A DNA stretch of 64,000 bases from Promethearchaeota archaeon (GTDB lineage: Archaea > Asgardarchaeota > Heimdallarchaeia > Hodarchaeales > Hodarchaeaceae), in the NCBI GenBank assembly GCA_048938105.1, contig JBHLMN010000009.1, positions 1 to 64,000 of the forward strand. Reading direction: 5' to 3'. The notes beneath the pieces are model-generated. The model was given only the letters and a program-made list of their open reading frames with translations, had not been told where the DNA came from and made no database searches. Shown piece by piece: positions 31,621 through 40,200 of this stretch. A program made the translations under genes and the position numbers. Positions within the stretch are counted from its first letter, which is position 1. Each line of letters begins with the position of its first letter.

Positions 31621-31621
31621 A
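26573..31621 (+). CDS. Giant surface protein B1: acidic N-terminal region, Trp-rich domain, Ig-like repeats, PGF-CTERM-like anchor
   Basis: Signal peptide (..PVAA/Q); 4-bp ATGA overlap with A1; many Ig repeats; TPGFIL-TM-KKRN. Confidence 0.85.
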   Translation: MSIVQELKFGVKNHWKLFYAVIALLILSCPVAAQYYTPDIKFSNFMPTKIPRLMKQSSNNDQAKSKIPDYLYNFLSEEDQKNLETYGEYLEYLSDEDLEMLETYDEYLQQLADPNQQSSKAYDYFQNCWHPVEETISVSSEELPNFEESLQSFFFNDWVKKPSYSLAVESDEEIESINTCDDHKIETTTILKKDNCELVDTTIISENQEIYQRSVFTEDSELTQITEISGKPQIKLIEPDFSGFDDIKIPIRSKEEAGKGAGQTELEWVTKTIDVKMGFEFDLPSFNYRLYASIYFTRFRAWAIFEAGFHFIFPVRLIIEYPAEVIEGLTYDFKVTLIPLDLPDYHEFEIKFLLDVGVAMDVLHLWWGTKRISIPYWWFWKWRSITIVIPWLYGDWKNVYYYPLIYYNFHKYDDYQTPLAGEKAKIDFNFDVDLLPIIADLNIPYLSTICDALSYFLEIGVGLGFLDISGKAVTGQLAASAGDSPKTRNPVSWTYSGEENILEFGIPHEAGELLGLSVDEMIFHASKVVWSPEFFLYFKNVNWWIFTIPLRNWIGGFRVPILGINFGEMNLPSLYSYDISASSIISEDVYDFLMDVEEITPVGGQGALATINTYDQMYEITLQNIAGRSDVIELEVQGLPEGYTATFDRAVPQYSIGSIPTTVNLIISPPEYIKASPGEKTFNIVATSQAKRNLNVPDPTTTKSATLIVPSTSDFSLNVDLGTDIDKVIQVNYGDYIPIGFLGENLGNQNDTITVNATLYSPDSTLRSWEESYAVEPYGSGSNQYYSGEYGFTYNRTDLYPSPGVYTLDIEATSQRSPTNVKKVRLALNFTPHYDLETSISPNSTTMFANFASNFTFTLTNMGNAMDNYTLTSSGWDDYITFITGNKILNLAPDDHEEIIVALKIPKSEINNTDAGVYDFRITATSDSSGGAIFSSTDVSVNVLEPDYVPPAIISVDTPYDYEALEFKTSPWGLEYPYSEEFTYGPSWKAIDDYPNKYSVFIDNNPYTGPLYLGSWQNDTPIFVPVTGINALDEGIHNITVTFNDTSGNVATEQIWITITPSDTTMPIVTPLSSDCSVPENYVEYDVIPLVWNCTEEYLLDISIYKNGTKFPIYEYFRESLKVEQNPDIKHNFIVTCYIPETYLLDEADPPYVWNITLSIQDGGGNSTSASIFIIVTDPDNDPPEFTISPEIYSSAYLKHGKTFNFTATDTYPAKYELWINSTLSQNGTWKSGIPVEFQVDELNLSVGANDLELYVYDLVGQYAYAQWIFTLQDIDPPTLVVAPNDFMVYEHNITEGELPYWQLHDFDPNPGIYRIYQDSVLVEEGNWTIGNHFIPVPIANLTPGLHNIRAEFRDATGNMIPSSFDVTVKDVLAPYIWPHDPIHYEPLYTASWFEFFISEPHLESYQLFRNGTLITEDSLSEDFPFIFVNIADLSSGYHIYTVEVTDESGNIGKELVEIYVTDYTPPFIIRPPDLIFSEGTIGHSILWEIIEANPHNYSLYLDDQLISSGTLTDMNMSISVDTLELGLHKYVLVVYCQFGFSHSASCYVVVVDTAAPTLSHVFDCRYTEGDPNAEIVWKAYDLHPSSYTIKHNGTTIITETWTGTDITLPLIGWFAGTHNIELIVSDTSGNTAMDEVKLKIIKEELYSTVKGPSSTPGFILIYVLVVFTILALVKYQVKKRN

Positions 31622-32586
31622 TGTTTTATTTTGATGCAGGATTAAAAATGAACCTCTATCTCATTTTAAGATGGTTTATCCCATTTGTAGCTACACTCAT
31701 CTGCTTCTATATCTGTCTACAAAGTATTCTCATTTACAGACAGAATCCTAAGGATAAGTTCTTAATTTATTTTATCCTAGCTTTAGCAATTGCGGCAATA
31801 GGCCTGTTATTCTATTCTATGACCCCGTTTATAAAAGAAGATCAGAAAATTCTTGCTGAAATATCCTTAGGAGGTAGTTTTATTTTATATTGTATTGCAT
31901 TAATATTTTGTTTTCAATTTTGGCAAATGCTTTATCGAGAAGTTCCTTGGATTACAAAAATATTTTACTTAGCTACTGGTGCAGGCTTTGTTTTTCTGCT
32001 TTATGACCCTTGGAAAATATACATATACGAAAATTTGGGGTTTCATCAGACTGTTTCTTTTAAACTAATTGTACCAATAATCATCCAAGGTGGTTGTATA
32101 TTTATAATATTATTCAAAACTGTCCATACTATTAGAAAAAAAATTGACCAGGAGTTCGTATTAACTGAAAAGCACCAGCAAAAGTATGTAAATAGCGATA
32201 CTAAAAGCAAATCATCAGCAACAAGAAGACGAAATCTACAAACAAAAAAGAAACGCCTAAATCTTATTATCTATTCTTGGTTAATTGGTTTTTTTTTGGC
32301 AGTCATAGGTTTAACACTTCCAAACCCTTATGGTTTTAATCTTGATGTAATAGGATCGTTAATAATAATTATTCCTCAGGCGTATATCCTAATAAAGGAT
32401 AAGGAACTTTTGTTCTCTTTAAGAGTACAAAAAACGAAAGATAAAGCAATTAAGCTTCAAGAAAGCTTTTTCAAACTCCAACAGCAGGTTTCTCACCAAA
32501 TCCTAGAGACGGAAGTTCAAGCTTTGGTTAAATTTATTGAGAAAGCTGACTCTCTATTATACTTTCAAGAGGAACATAATGTCTGA
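31621..32586 (+). CDS. Seven-transmembrane protein with long basic TM5-TM6 loop and cytoplasmic helical tail
   Basis: Seven hydrophobic segments counted by eye; start overlaps the B1 stop (TAATG). Confidence 0.75.
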   Translation: MFYFDAGLKMNLYLILRWFIPFVATLICFYICLQSILIYRQNPKDKFLIYFILALAIAAIGLLFYSMTPFIKEDQKILAEISLGGSFILYCIALIFCFQFWQMLYREVPWITKIFYLATGAGFVFLLYDPWKIYIYENLGFHQTVSFKLIVPIIIQGGCIFIILFKTVHTIRKKIDQEFVLTEKHQQKYVNSDTKSKSSATRRRNLQTKKKRLNLIIYSWLIGFFLAVIGLTLPNPYGFNLDVIGSLIIIIPQAYILIKDKELLFSLRVQKTKDKAIKLQESFFKLQQQVSHQILETEVQALVKFIEKADSLLYFQEEHNV

Positions 32587-32623
32587 ATAAACAATGTGTC
32601 CTTTAATCCTATTTTTTTACTTT

Positions 32624-33382
32624 CTAACTTAATTTCTCTACCATATTACGTATTTTTTCAAATAGTTCAGAATCCTCACGAATAAGAAGATTATCCCAAA
32701 AATCCATTTCTGGATCGAGGGGAATGGAGCCTAAAATTTTAATGTCAATATATTGTTTAAATTCTGAAGTTAAACTGTCCAATAGATTATTTACCTTTTC
32801 AGAGGATCCATGTGGGACTTGATTATAAATTAAAAAGAATAACCGGGGTTTCAAGGTCTTTTTCAGCGCAGTATAGATAGTTTGAATAACATAAAGTGTA
32901 ATATCCAAAGAATGAATCGTTGGCCGATGCACCAGAATTATTGAATCAGCTACTGTCAAGGCACTCACGCTACTCAAAGAGAGTTCAGGTGCTGTATCAA
33001 GAAATAATTTCTCGTATCCTAGTTTTTCCAGACTCTCCCGTAATTGAGAAAACTGCTGAAGAGCGACCCAATGCGGTTTTTCAGTCGTTCCTAATAATCC
33101 TTTACCTAATACTGGTTTAGGATTGGCATAAATAGCGTCAAGATTTGAAATAACGGTCGGATAAATGATTTCTTTCTCACTACTTCTGTTCAGTAAGAAA
33201 TCGTTTCCATATTTAATAGGAGGTATTTTGGAAGTTAAATTTGATTGAAAAGAGGGAGAACCAAAATCACAATCCATTACAATGGTTTTTATTCCTGCAC
33301 GAGCAGAAGCCACCGCCATATTTAAAGCAATAAAACTTTTTCCTGATCCTCCTCTGAAGCTGTGAGTAGCAATAATCTTCAT
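32624..33382 (-). CDS. MinD/ParA-family P-loop ATPase
   Basis: Deviant Walker A HSFRGGSGKS, DCD, LDTAP, ADSIILV, YNQV, IPLD. Confidence 0.88.
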   Translation of the reverse strand: MKIIATHSFRGGSGKSFIALNMAVASARAGIKTIVMDCDFGSPSFQSNLTSKIPPIKYGNDFLLNRSSEKEIIYPTVISNLDAIYANPKPVLGKGLLGTTEKPHWVALQQFSQLRESLEKLGYEKLFLDTAPELSLSSVSALTVADSIILVHRPTIHSLDITLYVIQTIYTALKKTLKPRLFFLIYNQVPHGSSEKVNNLLDSLTSEFKQYIDIKILGSIPLDPEMDFWDNLLIREDSELFEKIRNMVEKLS

Positions 33383-33407
33383 TCTAGTCCCCTTAATTCT
33401 CTGCTTC

Positions 33408-34079
33408 TTAGTGATCTAGCTGCTTCTCGACTTCAATCTTTCTTATTCTGTACTGGTTTATATTATCTTTTGTCTCACGTATTATTAATCCTCTGTTTAA
33501 TAAATAAAAGAGTCCGTTTTTAATTTCAATTTCGGATAGCTTGTCACTTTGAAGTAGACCTTGTTCAGTTAGGGGTTGTTGTTGTAAGAGAGTTACTCCG
33601 ATCATATGAGCAGCTCTATTCTCTTTACTAAGCTGTTCTAAGAAATTCGTATCATAGAGAGTTCGGGGGAATGTATAATAAACTGCCTTCTTTTCTTCAA
33701 AGCGTGTGAAACCCAGTTCACGACCATAAAATTTCAATAACTTCTTTTTTTGAACTAATTTCTCTGCACGAACGTATGCAGTATTATGGTGAATGTCAAG
33801 TTCCTCAGCGAGATCGATACGTGAAATAGGCATCCCGTGATTTGTTTCATCAAGTTTATTAATGGCATCCATGGTTTGTTGTAAGTACCCAACTAGCTCT
33901 GATTCCTCCTCAGGTTGTAATAAATCTGTAAAAAAGTCTAGTCGCGATGAAACATCTTCTATCATTTTGTTTAACTGAGAAATTTCGAAACGTATTTCTT
34001 CCAGTGTTTTCATGACGTCATTTACTGTCATTTCGGTGTTTGTTTTAGATTGCATAGAGTACATCGGCCCCAGCTTCAT
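33408..34079 (-). CDS. Coiled-coil plus tandem winged-helix protein, probable DNA-binding regulator
   Basis: Heptad N-terminus (LEEIRFEISQLNKMIEDVSSRL); HTH ISRIDLAEELDIHHNTAYVRAEKL; second wHTH-like LSEIEIKNGLFYLLNRGLI. Confidence 0.65.
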   Translation of the reverse strand: MKLGPMYSMQSKTNTEMTVNDVMKTLEEIRFEISQLNKMIEDVSSRLDFFTDLLQPEEESELVGYLQQTMDAINKLDETNHGMPISRIDLAEELDIHHNTAYVRAEKLVQKKKLLKFYGRELGFTRFEEKKAVYYTFPRTLYDTNFLEQLSKENRAAHMIGVTLLQQQPLTEQGLLQSDKLSEIEIKNGLFYLLNRGLIIRETKDNINQYRIRKIEVEKQLDH

Positions 34080-34245
34080 AAAATATCTTCATTTATAGAA
34101 TTCACCTGATATTTTTTTAAATATTATCATTCAATATATTCAAATATTTTTTGATTCAGTAATATTTTTAAATATATCGGTTAAGTTAAATATGTACTCG
34201 AAAAAATACTAGATTTCCAACAATTGACCTCCCTCTGAACAATAT

Positions 34246-37200
34246 AAGCCTTGATTGGGAGATGATACGTTGAAGAAGAGTCTAATAGGATTAATAATAA
34301 TTGTACCGTTAATCAATCGCTTTATTTATGAAAGAAAGGATAGAAGATTTATCTTCAGGAATTTTGTTGTTATTGGTTCAATATTCTTATTTATTTTCTC
34401 TGGGATATCAAATACTAATACAAGGGTATTGAATTCAAGGATTGGAATTGATACAACTCAGATAGGTAATATAGCACATGATACAAACAAGGGGAATGTT
34501 TTAGAGAGCATAGCTGCAAATTCAATTGAGTTATTAACACCTGAAAATAAAACATACCATGCACCTATGAGTGGCTATTATCCTGCCTCTTGGGGTTTTG
34601 AAAATAATGATCCTGGGATGGAGCCTTCTGATTGGTACCTTACACCTACAAATGGCAGTAGCTTCTATCGAGTTAATGCGGAATACGATGGCCATAAAAA
34701 CGTTCTAGAAATGCGAAAATATAATGGCACAACACAAGTTACGGTAATAAAGAACTTCTCATCAAGTGTTACTGCTGGAACCGTAGAATTCTGGCTCCAA
34801 AAAGATACGGGAGAGAGTGGAGTCCATCTTTCAGATCCTACACGATTTTTTTTGCTTAATTCTTCAGGTCATCCTCAGGTAGTATTTTTTGTTGAAAGAA
34901 TGGATCTTTATCCGTATAATTATATACCTACTTATGATGTTGTCCCAAAGGATACCTGGCATCATTTTCGAATAGATTTTGATGTTTCACAAGGTGGCTG
35001 GCAACTCCAGTTTAATAACTATCAGTTTGGCAGTGGGTATACCTTGCCCTTTTATTATCCAGTGGTGGATCATGTCTCAGGATTCCAAATGGCGTCGACC
35101 GACTTTGCAGATTTTTCGGATTATGGTGCCTATTTGGATGCTGTAGGCTATTCCTGGGATCCTGGCTATACTGTTGGGGATAATCTCAATGAAGGACTAC
35201 TACTGAGTTATTATACCCCTACCCCTCTAAATTGGACTGGCTACTCACTAGATGGGGGAACTAACGTCACAATTCTTGGAAATACAACCATTCCAATGCC
35301 ATCAGATGAAATTCATACTATTCAAGTTTTTGGCAATGATTCACTAGGTAATTGGTATTCCTCGGAGTTAAGACCCTTCCGATGCTCAGTATCCCTAAAT
35401 ATCTATACACCCGAAGAGAAAACATACCTTGCACCAATGAGCGGTTATTATCCTGCCACGTTTGGGTTCGAAAATGAAATCGATGGTACTGAAGGAACAA
35501 ATCTTGAGTTCATTGATGAATATTATCAACCAGGTGAGCAGAATGCATATATAATTGTCAATGATGGGCCATGGTATGACCATAACAACTTTTTGGTGGT
35601 TTATGATAGAGAAACTGCGTATAATACCTCTGGGGTTCATTATTTTGATAATCCTCCAACAACAGGGACAATAGAATTTTATAATTGTTATGCAGCAGAC
35701 TCAGATGGGTACCATTATTTCATTTTACGGGCTATGGATGATACTGCTGCAATTCAAATAAGAATTGATGTTGAAGGTATAGTTGAGTATTTTGACGGTA
35801 CTTCTTGGCATCTAATCTCGGATCAAGTGTATTATGAATGGTACCATCATTCAATCACATTTGATTGTAAAGCAGGCACAAAAGGACAATTTACTTGGAT
35901 CACAAGAGATACAGATGGAACTGAAGTGGGTCGAGTTGAAAATATTGACTTCTTAAATGATTTGAATACAATTGATGAATTGTATTTAGGAAGTGATGAT
36001 GCTGCAAATTTTGGAGTTACATATTGGGATGCTTTTGGGTTCAGCTGGGAACCTAATTATAATGTCGGAGATAATCTGGACGAAGGATTATTACTAAGTT
36101 ATTATACCCCAACACCCCTAGTTTGGACTGGTTATTCACTCAATGGAGGAACAAACATCACAATTCTTGGAAATACAACCATTCCAATGCCTTTCGATGG
36201 AACTCATACGATTCAAGTTTTTGGGAACGATTCAGCAGGTAATAGGTATTCCTCGGAGCTAAGATCTTTCCAAGTTGCGTCTATTGAGTTATTAACACCC
36301 GAAAATATAACCTACAATGCACCAATGGGCGGTTATTATCCTGCAACATTTGGGTTCGAAAATGAACTCCATAAAACTAGAGGAACAGATATTGAATTCA
36401 TTGATGAATGGTATGAAGCAGGTGAGGTAACAGAAATAGTGGTCTATGAAGGGCCATTGGACGGCCATTACAACTTTTTGGTCATAGCTGATGACATAGA
36501 TGCCTCTGGGGCAAATGCCTCTGGGGTCCATTATTTTGACAATCCTCCAACAACAGGGACAATAGAATTTTATAATTATTATTCAGTTCCTATGTCATTA
36601 GGATCCCATTATTTCATTTTACGGGATATAGATGATACTGTTGCAGTTCAAATAAGAATTAATACTGATGGAGGTAGAATTGAGTATTTTAACGGTACTT
36701 CTTGGCAAAATATCACGAATCAGGTTCCTATCACTTGGTACCATCATTCAATCACATTTGATTGTGAAGCAGGCTCAAATGGACGATTTACTTGGATCAC
36801 AAGAGATACAGATGGAACTGAAGTGGGCCGAGTGGAAAATATTGAATTCTTAAATGATTTAAATACAATTGATGAATTGTATTTAGGAAGTGATGATCCT
36901 GCAAATTTTGGAGACACACTATGGGATGCTTTTGGATTCAGTTGGGATCCTAATTATAATATCGGAGATAATCTGGACGAAGGATTGTTACTAAGTTATA
37001 ATACTCCCACACCCCTAGTTTGGACTGGTTATTCACTCAATGGAGGAACAAACATCACAATTCTTGGAAATACAACCATTCGAATGCCTTTAAGTGGAAC
37101 TCATACAATTCAAGTTTTTGGTAATGATTCGGCAGGTAATTGGTATTCCTCGGAACTGAGATCGTTCGAAACTATAACTCCCCCTAGTATCATTGGCCCA

Positions 37201-40200
37201 GCCGATTTTGCTATTGAGCTTGGTGACATAGGTAAAAACTTTTTATGGTCTCTTTCTGATCCTTATCCTGCTAATTATATAGTATATCGAAATGGGACAA
37301 TTTTCAAGGAAGAAAATTGGTCTGCAGTTGATCTTACTGTTTATATTTCGTTGGATAGACTATCAGAAGGAAACCATAATTTTACCTGTGTTGCAAGAAA
37401 TACATTTGACAGGATAGCCATTGATGAAGTCTGGATTACTGTTGGTCCTGATGAGACCCCACCCGACATTTCTTCTCCTTCTGATATTAGTTTTGAAGAA
37501 GGTTCTATTGGGTATTCAATTCTTTGGACTGGTTCTGACAACTTTCCCTGGTGGGCATCCGTCCATAGAAACGATTCCCTAATTTATGATCAAGCGTGGG
37601 TTGGAAATGACATCGAAATTTCTCTTGATAACCTCACAGCTGGATTATACATCTTCAATTGTACTCTCTTTGATGAACCAGGGAACTCGGCTTATGATAT
37701 TGTAGAGGTTAATGTAACTGAAGCTGTTCCAGATACTAGGCCACCAAAAGTAACAGCACCAGATCCCCTAGAGTTTGAGGAAGGAACTACAGGTCATATC
37801 CTCACCTGGATCTGTTCAGATGATCATCCATATGCCTATAAAATCCAGATAAACGATACTGATGAGCTTTTCAGCGCTTGGCGTGGAGGAAATGTTACTT
37901 TTACTGTAGATGATCTTCCTGTTGGTGTATGGGAAGTAAATCTCACTCTTTACGATCTCTCAGGTAACTTAGCTTCAAGTCCAGTAATCGTCACAGTCAA
38001 TCCAGAAGCCCCTGATACAACCGCTCCGACGGTTTCTCACCCTGCAGAGTTAATTATTGCTGAGAATACTGCTGGTACAATTGTCTGGGAAGTAAGCGAT
38101 AAACATCCAGACTGGTATACAATTTCTAGAAATGGAACAGTCATCTATGAACAACATTACTGGGTGTCAGGGATCATTCAATTTCATTTCACCTCATTAC
38201 CTCTTGGGACCTGGGAATTTAACTTAACTGTATGGGATGAGGCGGGAAATAGTGCATCGGGTATTGCAATCGTTAAAGTACTCCCTGGGAGTGCATTCGA
38301 TACTAATCCTCCAGAAATTTCCCAAGTAAAGGATATACAATATACCTATGGGACTACAAATAATTACCTCATTGTCTATCTATTTGACAAACATCCTCAG
38401 GGTTATTCAATCTCTATAACTACAGATACTAATATTACTGAACAAACATGGACCTCACCTAATATTCGGGTTGAAATTTGCTTAGATGGTTTAGCAGTGG
38501 GAAGTTATACAGTCACAATAACTGCTTGGGACACATTTGGTAATACGGAGGCAAGGACTGTTAAAGTAACTGTTCAGGGAGATGTCAACCCACCCACTAT
38601 TTCTTACCAACCTGATATTACCGCTTACGAAAATACTAATATCACGTTGACTTGGCAAGTATCTGACGAGTCTCCCTCTCATTTTGAGCTATTCATTTTG
38701 CCCGAGGGAAAAGTAAATCAATCAGGATCGTGGTCTGGTAATTCAATCAATATTACTCTGGGATATCTTCCTACTGGTACATATCAATATCAACTTATTG
38801 TTTATGATGCATCTGGTAACTATGCTGTGGATGATTTTACACTCACCGTGATTAAAAGTAGTAGGGTTCCAGGTTTTGAAATCCTCACTGCTGTGCTATT
38901 TTTACTATTTTTCACAAAATTTCGACTTTACTTCAATTTAAAAAGGAGGAAAGAAAAATGAGTTTTGTTCAGGAATTAAAATTTGGAGTTAAGAACCATA
39001 GGAACCTCATTTATGCGGTTTTTGCACTTTTGGTTCTTATTTCTCCAGTAGTAGCCCAGTTTTACACACCAGATATTGAACTCTCTGATTTTATACCCAT
39101 TCAAGTTCCAAGATTGATGAAACAAGATAATGGTCAGGCTAAATCGAAGGTACCTGATTATTTGTATAATTTCCTATCAGAAGAAGATCAAAAGAACCTG
39201 GAAACATATGGAGAATATTTGGAGTACCTTTCAGACGAAGACTTACAGATGCTAGAAACTTATAATGAATATTTACAACAACTTACAGATCCAAACCAAC
39301 AATCATCAAAAGCTTATGATTATTTTCTAAATTGTTGGAACCCTGTTGAAGAGACCATATCTGTCTCATCTGAAGAATTACCTAACTTTAGGGAATCACT
39401 TCAATCATTCTTCTTTAAAGACTGGGTCAAAAAACCATCCTATTCTTTAGAAGTCGAACCAGATGAAGAAGTTGAATCCATTAGCACTTCTGATGACCAT
39501 AAAATTGAAACTACTACCAGAGTAAGAAAAGATAACTGCGAATTAGTTGATACAACAATTATTTCTGAAAATAAAGAGATTCATCAAAGATCAGTGATTA
39601 CTGAAGATAGTGAGATTACTCAGATTTCAGAGATTTCTGGTAGACCCCGAATTCAGCTTATTGAACCTGATTTTTCAGGGTTTGATGATATTAGGATTCC
39701 AATCCACTCTAATGAAGAGGGTGGAAAGGGAGCTGGTCAAGCTGATTTAGAATGGGTCACTAAAACTATTGATGTAGAGATTGGTTATAAATTGTCTCTT
39801 TCTAATATCAAGGAAGACCTGAACTTTACTATAAAAAATTTTGTAAAATTCCAAGCATGGGCTATGTTTATAGTAACATTTCGTTTTGTTTTCCCTGTGA
39901 GGCTGATTATTGAATATCCTGCAGAAGTATTTGAAGGTCAAACTTACGATTTTAAAGTAACTCTTATTCCTCTTGATCTTCCTGACTATCCTGAGTTCAA
40001 GATTAAAGTCTTGTTATGGGCTGGCGTAAGACTGGATATAAAGTTACTGAAGCTTCAAGTGGTATGTAAACCACGATGGTATTGGGATATCTTCAAATGG
40101 AAATGGCGTAAAACAAAAAAGAAATTTTGTGGTCTTTCATTAAGCCCAGTGTGGAAGAATGTCTTTTATTTACCACTTGTACCAATGCATTCTTTCGAGA

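Noticed and set aside
32624-34079. Plasmid or prophage partition locus indicating a mobile element
   Set aside because: No integrase, replication protein, transposase, att repeats or virion genes were recognised
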